From contig CM119271.1 in the NCBI GenBank assembly GCA_051294375.1, positions 4,669,353 to 4,733,352 on the forward strand: a stretch of DNA of 64,000 nucleotides, given 5' to 3'. Each line of letters opens with the position of its first letter. Within the stretch, counting starts at the first letter, position 1. This stretch comes from Paraspadella gotoi. Taxonomy: Eukaryota > Animalia > Chaetognatha. The notes under the pieces are model-generated. The model was given only the letters and a program-made list of their open reading frames with translations. It did no database searches and was not told the DNA's origin. Shown here piece by piece: positions 51,521 to 64,000 of the stretch. A program made the translations under genes and the position numbers.

Positions 51521-51832
51521 GTTCTGTTTTAAAGGCTCTTTTCGTTTACAAAATTTAATCTTTATAAGTCAGAGAGGTTTTCCCTTCATTTAAACTCGCT
51601 ATTTTTTTTTTTTTTTTTTTTTTTTTTGAAACACGGCATTTTAACTTAAAGAAAAACTTTTTGCAACAAAAATCGATTTGGAAGCCCTTGAATGCGGTTG
51701 ACAGCCGTTAGTTTTACTAATTATCCTTTAACATCGGGAAAATTAGTATAAAGTTAATATAAATTACAAAAATATGAAAAAATTAGACTAACCGTAAATT
51801 TATCGAGAGGAAATGTTCCTCGACACCTTCAG

Positions 51833-52438
51833 GTCGCCCAGCACCTCAAGAATCTCCGCTCCCGTCGCAGCGACGCCGAGCGCGCCGCCAAGAAGACCAA
51901 CCTCTCGACGGAGGAGGTGGCGCAGACGACAGAGAAGCTCGAGGAAGCGGAGGGTCTCGCCAGAGCCTCGATCCTCAACATACTGGCGACGGAGGACGAC
52001 CAACTGCGCATGCTGGCCGCCCTGATCGAGGACCAGCGGGCGTTCCACTCCGGCTGCGTCTCGGAGTTGGAGGCGTTGGAGGGAAGGCTGGGGGAGAGGA
52101 TCGTGGAGGCGAGTCGAAATCGGAAGGGGCCGAGAGAGAGGAGTTTGAAAAGAGAGGAAGACGAGGAGGAAAGGAGTGGAGGGGAATCCGAGGCGGAGTT
52201 GAGAGGAACTGAAGCGGGCGGCGCCGTCGTCGACGAAAGGCCTCGCCACGACGCCAACGACGACGTGGTCTGCGAGGCGCTCTTCGATTTCGACGCCGCG
52301 AATGCGAATGAAATGAAATTCGTCGCCGGGGAATCCATCGTCGTAGTCAGCGTCGTGGACGACGATTGGCTCTGGGGGAAAATCGGAGATGACCGGGTGG
52401 GGTTCGTGCCGAGAACCTTCGTTAGGATGGGGGAATGA
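51833..52438 (+). CDS. Endophilin-A-like protein, last exon (end of BAR plus SH3)
   Basis: VAQHLKNLRSRRSD...QLRMLAALIEDQRAFH, then SH3 CEALFDFDA...EMKFVAGE...DDDWLWG...GFVPRTFV; stop at 52438. Confidence 0.9.
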   Translation, partial: VAQHLKNLRSRRSDAERAAKKTNLSTEEVAQTTEKLEEAEGLARASILNILATEDDQLRMLAALIEDQRAFHSGCVSELEALEGRLGERIVEASRNRKGPRERSLKREEDEEERSGGESEAELRGTEAGGAVVDERPRHDANDDVVCEALFDFDAANANEMKFVAGESIVVVSVVDDDWLWGKIGDDRVGFVPRTFVRMGE

Positions 52439-54326
52439 AGAAAAACAAAAAAATATTTGCGGCGATCCCGGATTTTAATACGCTCTCGTGGCGTATGGGA
52501 AAATGAAAAGAAAGAAGATAAAAGAGCGACGGTCGTTTCTTTACCGAAAAGAATAAATACGTTATCTTACATACAACAAATTACAAAGTTTTAGGTTTAA
52601 ATTTATTCAGAGGACGGGCCTGGGCAGGGCCATGAGTCTCAGTTACAAATAGTCACATTGCTTTTACAAATTATCACGGTAGGAAACTACAATGAACAAA
52701 CAGTGAACAAATTTAAGCAAAGAATCGTCGGACGGATGTTCTTTTTTTTCTCAAGATGTAGTACTCTGACGCGCTTGCCATCTGTGTGATTTAGCCGAAT
52801 AAAAATTGAACATATGAACATTGAGCAACTTTTGCAAAGTGATTCAAGACTCGAGAAAGTTCGCGCCGATAGGTTTTAAACGGGTTTATTTTTGAGAACT
52901 TTCGTCTTTAATTTATAAATTATAAACAACCAAGTTTTCCATTGTTTTTATTTTTTCCCTCATCTCCCTGTAATTCCCTTGGTCCAATAGCTCCTTCTAA
53001 AAGTGAGAATCGCAAACGACAATTCGGGAAAATAATTAAGAGAAACAAAATATTCTCTCTCTCTATCTGTATCTCTCTCTCAGCCCCAACATTTGTCTAA
53101 TAAACCTACCGGCGCCTTCTAATTAAGTATAATTATAAACCATTGTACCAACCATTTTCCCCTGTTTGGATAATGATCAGCCAATCAGCTGTGGATCAGA
53201 AGCCACAAAAGCGGCGTTGTGAATTGTGATGCTTCGATTGAAAGTAAAGATGAGAGAGAGGGAGAACGAGAGGGAACACATTTGGTGAAAGAGTCGGTTT
53301 GTTTCTGAAAGTAGGACTACTTTTGGGTAAAGTTTAAGGCTTTGAAAGAAAATCCCTGTTTTAGGGATAAAACTCAACCAAGGGAACACCTTCCTCTCTT
53401 TCATATTTTTTTTTTCACAAGACTCTCTGTGTTTTCCTAATGCGTTTTGAATTCGAAAAATAAACCCGCTGGTTGAAGCATCAATACAAATTTGAATCTG
53501 AAAATCAAAAAGATGCAGATTTTTCCTAGACAGTTTTTTATCCATACATATATATGTACGTATATATATTATATATTACTATATATATATATTCATTAAT
53601 AAGTATGAAATACATTTCTGCATTTAAAACTAAGAAAAAATTCATTTTGAAAAGTTTACATTTTATAAGGTAAGTAGTAAGTACCATGTACAAATATGGC
53701 CTCATACAAAAATTAAGAAATTAAAAATACATTTTTTTTTTATGAATGTTTTGATACAAGACTGTTTGTGATCTACTAGAAATTAGATATGTAGTAACAT
53801 TAACCACGCCTTACTGGACATCGGACATCGGACACTGGTCATTGACTTTAGAATTCAGAAGCTTGTTGTTAACTGCGCGCATCGGATCGTGAACCTTAAA
53901 ACCTTGACCTCCGGATCGGTTACATCCCTATGACATCAAGGCCGTTGGCGATTTGATGTCGGTGCATCAACCGAACCAATGATTTTTATTAATCCTTCTT
54001 TCCTATTTTCCTCTCCTTCTCCAGACGCTTCTTCGTCATTCCATCTTCTTCTTCTTCTTCCTCTTTCTTTTTTTATTCTCTATGTCTCCTTCTCTCGCTG
54101 TTTTTACGACTCTAGTTTTTTTTACGAGGAAAAAGAAAAGCAGACGAAAGGCGCCGACATCAAAGCCGCCGCCTGGGGGGGCGGGGGTTGATCGAGGGGG
54201 GGGGGTCGACTGAGCGGAGCGTTAAAGGGTAAGGAAGGAAATCCCCGGAATTCCTAGACGAACGACTTTTGAGGGTAAGTGATGCGACCGGAGTGCGAGA
54301 AAGATTCACCGAGGGTCAGTTACTCT

Positions 54327-54375
<49 letters not shown>

Positions 54376-55918
54376 AAGATCACGGGTTGAGATAAAACGT
54401 TACCGAGTTCGATCCCAACATTTTTTCGGCATCTCAGATGATTACGACGATGAAGACCGACCGACCCTCATCGATGTCCAATCATGTCCAATGTCCAATT
54501 GTCCAATGACCATTGTCCAATGTCCAATGTCCATTGTCCAACCTGGCTCAACAGCCCCGGATGTTCGTATCGGAAAATTCAAGATCGCCGATGCCTTAGA
54601 TTTCGACCTCGACTTTTCTCATCCTTTTTTCGTCGTCACCTCAAACGGCCGCCTTCGACCCGGAAGGCACGCCCCCTTGTATTCCTCTCAACACTTTCAG
54701 AAGCGTCTCTTCTCAACGCTGGAAACTTCTCACTCTCGATCTATTTTTAAATGTTTTCTTGTGTTTCGGAATACTTTTTTGGTGCAAACTAACATAGCTT
54801 CGAAACTAAAATAACTCAATTTTATGAAATTTTTTTTGGGGGGGTTATGATATGATAATTGTACTTATTGACAGTGATTATTAATAGTTTAAAGTTTAAA
54901 GCGAACGAATTAAAGTTCTATCAATACTTAGAAAAAACACGACTATATGCAATTAAGAAATTAAGATCATTAATCTTTTGAAAGGAACCATAAATTTCAT
55001 AATTTTACATTAACTTTTAAAACGAAATTAACTTTTTAACTAATTCATTGTGAAATCTTGTCGATTATTCCAACAAATCCCGTCGCCTTTCGATCCTCGA
55101 TCTCGCGGGACCGAATCGATTTTCCGTGAGATTTAAAACTCGTTCGCCACATGGTCGTTGGAAGAGGACGAGTTAAGCGATAAACTTGGAAGCGTTTGGT
55201 TGTAAAAATTGTAGGAATAGTATTCAGTGTCGATTGGTTGGGTTACCAACTAACCAATGGTTAGTTGGTTGGTTTCGTTAGTATGTTGGTTGGTTGATTG
55301 ATTTGGTGAGTTGGGTTGTGGGTTTTCAAGTTGGTTATTTGTTTGGATGAGAGGTTAATTGGTCGCTGGGTAAGTTAATTAGGTTTCTATGGTTGATTAA
55401 GATGTTTGGTTTGTTGTATGGCAACAGCCGGGTTGCCTGTGATGCCCATTGGGATGCGGCATCTGACTGTTGGCTTTGGAGGCATCCGACCCTCAGTAAC
55501 GCCGCCAGTCACTGGCGCGGTTACCCTAGGACAGTCTCGCTTTGCCAACTCAAAGGGAATTCGTTAGGACTGTGGATGAGACACATCGCCTGGGATGGTG
55601 TGTTCCCCCTCTGAGCCAAGGATGGTGGACGTGAGGCGGTTGGTTGTTTTACTGGGTCAGTTGATTTACTTTTTTTTTCTTTGATTGGTTTGTCGCTTTA
55701 GTTTGCTGGTTAGCTGGGCCCGTTGTTTAGTTGATTGGTTGATTGTTTAATCACCGTAACGACGACAACAACAACAACAGCGACGTGTAATAAATTCGTC
55801 GCGCGATCGAGTCGAGGATTTTTGAGCGTCGGTGTGAAAATCCCGACTGCGTAGTAGAAGGTTTACTACCAGGGATAGAGAGAAGAGTGAGAGAGAGAGA
55901 AGAGAGAAGAGAGAGAGA

Positions 55919-55964
<46 letters not shown>

Positions 55965-56238
55965 AGAGAGAGAGAGAGAAAATGAGAAATGATCATAAAA
56001 GACACTAGTAAGAAAGAAGACCGCAGTGAGAGAGAGAGATGGGTTAGCAAGGGTTGGAGGGAATCAGAGCCAGAGAAAGAAAGAGAAGAGAGAGAGAAAG
56101 AGAGAGAATGAGAAAGAAAGAGAAAAAAAAATTAAATATTTTTTAAGATGCAAATTTAGAAATATTGAAAAGGCAGCCAGGTGTTTGTCCGTCACGGGGA
56201 GTCGGTTTCAAGGAAAAGAAGGCAGAAAGAGAGAGGGG

Positions 56239-56315
<77 letters not shown>

Positions 56316-57556
56316 CATCTCGTATCTAAAACTGGGTGAATTATTGTTTTGACGAAGTCCGCATTTTTTCTCTCAATTTTCACGACTTTCGTTATTTATT
56401 TCTTTCGTTTCGGGATTTTTGCATCACGTGATATTTTTGTTGTTGTTTGACTTTTTCGTCAGAGGGCACGAGCGCTGAATAATTTATTTCTAGGGTTCGT
56501 TATCGGAAGCAACTAAGTTTCTTTTTACTATTTCTGTTGTCGACCTATGATCGCAACCTTTTGAAAGTTGAAGTAAGTCATCGCAACGGGAGCAAAAAGG
56601 TAAGTCATGGCTGATTAGAGATGAGGGAAAATTCCTCATCTAAATTCTTAAGGCGAGAGAAATATGGGCCTGAAGAGAAGAAAGCTCGAGGCCCCCCGTG
56701 GGCCTTTTTATCGGAGAGCGCCCCATTTTAACTTAAATTCAGAATTAAATTTATTTTTAGTTTTAATAATTATATTAAGGTTTATGGTTAGGGATTTGGT
56801 TAGAGTTTTGGTTAAGTATTATTATGGTTTACGATTGGGGTATAAAGTTAGAAAATAAGATTAAGTTTTAGGGTTTAGGATTAAACTAACGTAAAAAAGA
56901 TTAAAATTAAATATTGAAATTAAAATCTGAATGAGGCGGTCTCGGAAAACAGTGCCGCACCGGGGAATCTTGTACTCTCGATCATATTTTTTTCTTTTTT
57001 GCGCATTCTTCGCTTTTTGTTTGTTTTTCTTTATTTTTTTTTTCCTTTCCTCAACTCATTTTTTCTTATTTTTCGACACATTTTTTTCATTTTTCAATTT
57101 TTTTTCTCTCATATTCATTGGAGAGTCAACCGATTCCTGGAGACTCGGTTGTTGACTTTACGGGTTGAAAGGAATTCCAAGTTTAAACGTGAATGAAATT
57201 TTGTGAGTCGTAGAGTTTAATGGGGATCGAGAGTCAACGAAAGGATATCAAAGAAAAGATTATTTTCCGAGAGAAAAAAATTACGGTTTTATGTTCATTT
57301 AAAATGAATGTACCGAATCGAAACGCCGCGTAAACAAAAAGAAAAACAAAAGCTGTATCACTGTATCACACAATATATATATTATTATTATTGTTTATTT
57401 ATAAATCTAAGTCTAATAGATTTTTAACAAATAAATAAATCACAAAAAATAGTTATTTTTAAATCTTAAAAAAATAAAGATGGTGAAACAAGTAAACTTA
57501 CAATTTTTCATAAATATAAATTAATATTTTCTTTTACATTCTTATATACATAAATG

Positions 57557-57628
<72 letters not shown>

Positions 57629-58171
57629 TCCCCTACCAAATTTCCGTCGCCGAACCTCGACCCTCCACCGAATCACCGAAACCTTACGAAAGGCGTGATT
57701 TTTCTTTCGAGTGAGAGAGTGAGTGAGTGAGTGACTCACCACGAAAACCGGGATAGTTGACCGAGATCGGTGACGGGCGGACTCGGGATTCTGGACCCAG
57801 GGGGCAGAAATGAGGGGAGGAGGCTATCGAATTGCCAGACGAACAGGAATGGCCTCGAAGAAGAGCTCGGGGGGAAGTTGAGGGTCAGTCGAATTACCGA
57901 GTTAAAAAAAGTAAGAACATGTCATAGTTTTGAACAATGCTTTATCTGTATCGTTTTATCATTTCTTAGTAAACTATCTATTTTCGAATGAATAAAAGAA
58001 AAAGTCAAAAAGGCGATCATAATTGACAAAATTCCCAAAAAAATGAGCATAAGTTAAATACTAGAAGACTAAGAATTATAATTTTAATTAAATCGCTAAC
58101 GAAATGCAGTATCCCAAAGAAGCGTTGAGACCAAGAGGGTAACAGAACATAATTGAACCAAAACAAAGAGT

Positions 58172-58237
58172 ATCCCCGGCCCGAAATCCCCGGCCCGAAA
58201 TCCCCGGCCCGAAATCCCCGGCCCGAAATCCCCGGCC
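58172..58237. repeat. 14-bp tandem repeat (ATCCCCGGCCCGAA)n
   Basis: About 4.5 copies read directly. Confidence 0.9.
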
Positions 58238-59151
58238 GCATCTCCTCTCAAAAATTCGTCTTGGTTATTTCCCCCCACAATCTCTCGCCGTTTCCGTAAA
58301 GAAAACCCACCCCTAACGCGGAGAGAAAGAAGGTGGGAGGTGGTGAAAAGAGCGGCGGTAGGAGGTGGTGAAGAGATCGGGGGTGGGAGGTGGTGAACCC
58401 GGTGGTGGATCTTCTTCTCCGGCTTCAAAAAAAAAGCCTTCGACGGTTCACAGTCCAACCCTTCCTCTTCCCCTTACCTTCGCTCGAGACTCTCCTCTTC
58501 CTCTTCTTCCTCCTCCTCCTCCCCCTAAAAATCGAAATCCATCACTTGACGAACTTCTTCCTATTTCTTTCTTCTCTCTCTCATCTTTTTATTTATATAT
58601 ATATTTATTTGTTCGTGACAGCCGCGCGCGATGATACGCGACCGGAAAATAAGTTTCGTTTCTTTTCCATTTCGTTCGAGATTTTTTAATTAATTTTTTA
58701 CGAAATCGTATGGAAAAAAAAAAATAATTATACGTTACTCGTACATCCCATTCTTGTCGTCTGCGTCGGAATTTTTTTTTTTTTCCACCGACTTCCCCCT
58801 CCCCGCCCTAAAAAAGAAACCGAAAATATTAATAAATAATAGCGGACCTACAAAAAATTCTTTTTTTAAACGGTGATAATCGATGAAAAACAGAAATCTG
58901 GGAAGATTATAAAAAAAAATCAAATTTCTTACTCATTTTTTTTTTCTATCTTCTCGATTTTAAAAAAAAAATTCGAAGCCTTTTGGTATTAATTCATATT
59001 ATTATCAAGTATGGATTAATAGTCTAATTTAGTATTTGATACCCTCCAACTTTTATGTCCTCGCGAAATCTCGGGCGGACAAAACGTAAGAAATGTCATT
59101 CGTGAAAAAAATTCGCCGATTGGACGAGATCACCCACTTGAACAAGAAACC

Positions 59152-59189
<38 letters not shown>

Positions 59190-59946
59190 TCTCTTATTGG
59201 CAACGTACCAATCGCTTAACTTAGTTTCTTTTCGAGGGATTTAATTAGATCCTAGTTAGGTCGCACTAGGTTAGGCCCTTTTTGGTAAATTAGGTGCCAT
59301 TCGTATTTATATTGTTAATAATTCACGAAAGTCGACCAACTTCGTTGTAATAAATAAACATGATAATAAAAACGGCCTTACTTTAAACTTTGCTAAAGAA
59401 ACCGACTTAAAAAATCTATTCCCTTTAATCTTTAGTTTATTTTTCCAGTATTTTTTTTCCTCAAAACAATTTAGTTGATGAAATCTTTCTCCCTTTCCCC
59501 GCGGAATAAATGTATAAGAAGTTTGATTATTTTTTGAAATTGTCCAGACCGTATTCTGAATATTTTAAAAAGCGCGTTGAAGAATGGAGACGGTTGTTTC
59601 AACTTCGCCAATCGAGTCAGAATCCATTTCTCAAAAAAAACCCAAAAAAATTTTATGAAAAAAAACCAATTAAGCCCCAATAACGTCGAATATTACTAAA
59701 AATAAAAATTTCTGACGCCGAAAAAATGTTTTCTTCCCTTACCGAATTCGATTCAAAAAAAAATATTAACGTTAACAGAGTAAACTTTTTTTATGTGAGG
59801 AAAAGAGAAATAAAAACATCTCGCTCTCTCTCTCTCTCTCTCTACTAAAAAAGGGAGTCCCCCTCCCCTTTTCATAACATTCCTTATTCATCTCTTTAAT
59901 TTTTTTTCAATACTTCCCATGCGAAAATATGCATGGATGTGGGTCC

Positions 59947-59987
<41 letters not shown>

Positions 59988-60465
59988 GATTGAGAGGATT
60001 AGATGATTCGGAGATTTGATACGAATCTTCAAATTTCGATACCAAAATAATAAAAAAAAAAATAAAAAAAAATTAATCCACTTTCTTTTTCATTTTTATT
60101 TCTCTTCATTACTTTTACTTTTAATCCGTTCCTTTCCTTTTATTCTATTCACCCAGAGAGAGACAGAGACACGAATGCGCATATTTTTGGCCGGCGGATT
60201 TTTCTCTCTCTCTCTCCGATGACATCCTTAGATAAACGATTAACGGAATTGATCACGTCTTACTCGGCTCGGAATGCGTATCTGTGTTCTGTTTTGTTTA
60301 TTAGTATAACTTTTGTTTTTACGTCGGTCCTTTTCACAAAAGTACAAACTTGTCTACCGCGAGTAATTTTTATCAATTAATATTTTCGCGCGTTTTCTCC
60401 TTTAAAATGAATTAGGATCTATTTCGTCTTTCTTCCGCTCGGAAACAAAAAAAAAACTATAAACA

Positions 60466-61003
60466 ATGGAAACGAGGCTGGCGACGAGTCTCTGCCCCGA
60501 ACGCCTCGTCGATTCTGAGACGAACTCGACGAAGAATCTCGACGACGATGTCGACCTCATCGCATCCCCTGCCCCACATCGATCCTCCTACCTCTTCATT
60601 CGCCGCCCAATCGCCCGCCGACTCCGCCCATCCCGCCTCTGTAAAACCGGCGCCACGTCGCCGCCGACTCGACCCCGGAAACTGAGGATTATCCGGCCGA
60701 CGTCGCCGGTCCGAACTCGCCCATCGCCGCTCCTCTTTTTCCTCCTTTTCGCCACACTTTCTCCACTTACCTTGGCCCAACTTATCTTCGAACCCAACCC
60801 CGAATTGACAGTGTTCCCTCAGGCCATCACCCCTCAGCCCAACGGCTACACCCGCGGCCCCTCGCGATGCTACGACGACCAGGGGCGGCCCCAGAGGTGC
60901 GTCCCTCCTTTCGTCAACGCGGCCTTCAATCAGAGGGTCGACGCCACCAACACTTGCGGGATTCCGGCGATCGAGTTTTGTCGACAGACTGGACATCAAA
61001 CGG
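60466..61003 (+). CDS. LAMC1: Laminin gamma chain, first coding exon (signal peptide and start of LN domain)
   Basis: LLFFLLFATLSPLTLA signal-like stretch; CYDDQGRPQRCVPPFVNAAFNQRVDATNTCG resembles laminin gamma-1 CTDEGGRPQRCMPEFVNAAFN...TNTCG; donor G|GTTAG at 61004; start codon uncertain. Confidence 0.85.
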
Positions 61004-62014
61004 GTTAGGAGGGTGGGAGACTGGAGGGAATCCGGGGCGTTGATATAATTGGTGGACGTTTTTAAAATCTAAAAATAATGTCATTAAATGTGAGATAATA
61101 GCTAGTTGGCTTTAATATTTCAATTTTTTTTCTCACAATTTTATTTTTTATATATTTTGATAATTTATTCTTAAAACCTATTCCGAGCACCACTTGAGCC
61201 CTGCCCTGCTTTTTGAATGGTGTCCAGTGTCCACCTCTCTAAATTAGTTAAATAAATAAGTGAAAGCGGGGTGTTAAGAAAGAATAGCAGGGGGTTGTCT
61301 ATTTAGTGGTAGGACGATTTGGCCGGTGGAGAATATGCCCCCCCCCAAAAAAAAAAGTTGTTGAAGTTTTCATGAGTTTTATTTCCCTTTTAAATTGAGA
61401 GAGTTTTTGACACCTAAAAGCTTTTGACGTTGTTAAGAGAAAGTTATTGCAATAACACAAACATTCTTCGGTCTTCGACGAGAAAGAACCGCCTTAATTT
61501 TTTTCTAGGTCAAATTTATAAAACGCAATATTTGTTAACGCGATAGGTTTATGTTTAATTAAAGTTTTAGCGAAGGCGAAGGTGCTCTTTATTAAAAAAA
61601 AAAAAAAAAGTCCCAAAGTTTGTTGTCGCGACCTCCCCGCGGGGGAATGTTGTTTGAATCTATTAGGCGGCGTTTCCTGCCAGCGGCCCGCCTCTCTCTC
61701 TCCCTCGCCCGCCCCCGACGCCCCCCCCTTTCCACTTTTTCCCCAAAAACCTTCACCTTTCCAAGAGAGCATTATGCCCGCTTTTGGTTAATCCCTCTTT
61801 TGATTCTTAAGACTATATACAACCCTACAAGAGGGAAACAATGAGAAGCGAGAGAGGCCCTTACGGGACCCCCCTTACCTCCGCCCCCCCCCCCTTTTTC
61901 GGGCTCCGATTTCTTTATTTGTTGACGAAAACTGGAACGAAATTTTTTTTCATTTTTAGAAATGAGATTAATCGACCTCATCGCTTTTTCTCGGTTGAGA
62001 AGTTCCCAGGACTA

Positions 62015-62046
<32 letters not shown>

Positions 62047-63598
62047 CGCCCAGATTCTATAAAAACCGCAACGATTTAAAAAAAAAAAGAATTTATTTTT
62101 AAAAGAATAACAATTAGTAGGGTAATCTGATAAAGATTTTAAAAACGTTTTGTTTACATAAATAATAACAAAAGGGAAGAGAGGGAGCCCCAACTCATCC
62201 GAGGTGGCCAAACTATGTCAGTTTCGCGAGGAAAACAAACAGAAATAACCGTTCGCCTTTCTCGACTCCCCGGGTCTTCAATCGGAAATGAGGAAAGAGC
62301 GAGAAAAAATATTTTTTTTCCATTCCTCCCCTTAACTGAAGAAAACGAGCCTAGGTCCTAGCGAAAGTTTTCGTAGCTTGCTCTTGTACCCTTGAAATAC
62401 CTAATGCAAAGTAAAGGTTTGGGGCGGCGGCGGCATTTTTAACAATCTTAGATTTTTTTTATATAATTCACAGAATTCGATGTACCTTTATTTTCGCTCG
62501 ATTTCACGAAGATTAAAATACTCCTTAAAACCTTAATTTATCTTCGTTTATATTTCTAACGTGGAAGAAGGAAAACATTTGTCCGTCATCATCCTCTCTG
62601 TATTATCAAAACAAAGACATTCTCTCCTTCACTTTAGCTTCTAAACAAAAAAAAAAGTTGTTCCGGGGCAAGTCCTGATGGAAGACTCGTCCTTTTTTCA
62701 CCTCCACCCTCAATTCCCGCCCTCCAAATAAGACGGTTGACTGTCTCAAGACCCCAACGCCCCTCGCCTCGAAGACAAGAAGAAAAAAAAAAACCGGGTG
62801 TGGTCGAGAGAAGAGGGCGTGCTCGTTTTGTGTGCACGCGTGTGTTTTTTTTTCTTGCGTGCGTCTTGCGTGTGTGTTTGGGGTCCGTCTGTGTTTTTAA
62901 ACCTTTCGTTTTTACGGGTTTCTTTGTATCGAGGCAAATCTTCCTCCCTCAACACCCAACCCCCCCCCCTCAACCGCTTCCCCCCACCTCCTCGAATCCA
63001 GGTTTCGTCGAGATCTGGAGGCAACTCTTTCCCCCCCCAACTATTCCAGGTTTTCCTTCGGTATTACATACGGCCGTCTGGGTTTTTTTTTTTTTTTCCC
63101 CGATTACATCCTTTGGCGGAAAAGCCGTAGAGGAAATCGAATTCCAGAGATTTGATTGCCTTCTCTTTCACCCCCCTCCACTCACCCCTCACCCCCAAAA
63201 AAAAATAAAATGTACGGGGCTGTGGCTCCTCTCCTCCGGCAATCTGTTAATTAATGTTATTGTTAACGGGTTTTTTTTTTTCGACCCGCCCTGAACTGAT
63301 ACGATTTTTTTTCTTATTTTACAGTTAATATGTAATCGGAATTAAAATTATGATAATATAAAGAAAGATAGTTTATTCTCTTGTTGGAATTTCTCGTCTC
63401 TTCGCTCAATCAGAATTTTCCTTTCGTTTGCTTACCCTCAGTGCGCCGGATGTTGTAGTCCTTACCAAAATTTCTTCTTTCCTATAGAGCGTGTGGCGGC
63501 TTTTAATTTTTTTTTTTTGCCTTCCGCCGCGTAAGCTTAACCATCTCGGCTTCGAAATGATTTTTAACTTACCGTCACGTCTCTTTAACTTACCTCAG

Positions 63599-63722
63599 GC
63601 GCCACCCGATCCTGCGACATCTGGACGCGACGGACCCAAACCGCGCCCACCCGCCACGCTACCTCACCGACTTCAACAACGATTCTAACATGACCTACTG
63701 GCAATCTGAGACGATGCTGCAG
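63599..63722 (+). CDS. LAMC1: Laminin gamma chain, exon 2 (LN domain); gene continues beyond the window
   Basis: cag acceptor, phase 1; ATRSCDI[C]DATDPNRAHPPRYLTDFNNDSNMTYWQSETMLQ needs one added base near 63623; WQSETML favours laminin gamma over netrin; donor GTAAG at 63723. Confidence 0.85.
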
Positions 63723-64000
63723 GTAAGGCGTCTTGCGGACGATCCTGCAGATTCTATACGTATATTAGAGAATGCTGCGAAAGAAGATAACTAACGTCGG
63801 TTTTACCAATATTTGTTCGGTATGAAACTAATCATTGTGATAATTAAATGCTACGTTGTGAAACGAACGTACTAATCTCAACAAACTAGTTCAATAAATA
63901 TATTACATAACTTGGTTGGAACTTGAGAGGGAATATCTTTTCTTAATACTACACTGCGGCGCAAAAAAAAAGACACTTGTTAGCTCTCCCCACTAATTCT

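Noticed and set aside
60466-63722. Netrin
   Set aside because: CRQTG and WQSETML fit laminin gamma better, although only the LN start is visible

Overview
AT-rich, microsatellite-dense animal (probably invertebrate) genomic DNA from an error-prone, gap-filled long-read assembly. I reconstructed five spliced genes by hand. (1) A minus-strand GLTP/CPTP-fold gene with an N-terminal membrane anchor: intact 3-exon copy at 14081-16681, indel-ridden copy at ~7950-10665. (2) A plus-strand PHF24/GINIP-like gene (25956-29260). (3) A minus-strand CatSper3-like sperm Ca2+ channel subunit, present twice (~32824-41840 and ~42050-49800). (4) A plus-strand endophilin-A-like BAR-SH3 gene (~50910-52438). (5) The first two exons of a laminin gamma chain (60466-63722). 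The two largest tandem duplications abut 25-N gaps and differ mostly by 1-bp indels, so they are probably uncollapsed haplotypes rather than paralogues. They also expose presence/absence mobile elements: a miniature LTR element (TRIM) with PBS, PPT and highly structured LTRs, and an hAT-like element with an apparent excision footprint. A DINE-1/HINE-like repeat family, minisatellites and nuclear-receptor half-site clusters are also present. Family assignments come from recalled motif similarity; no database search was run.
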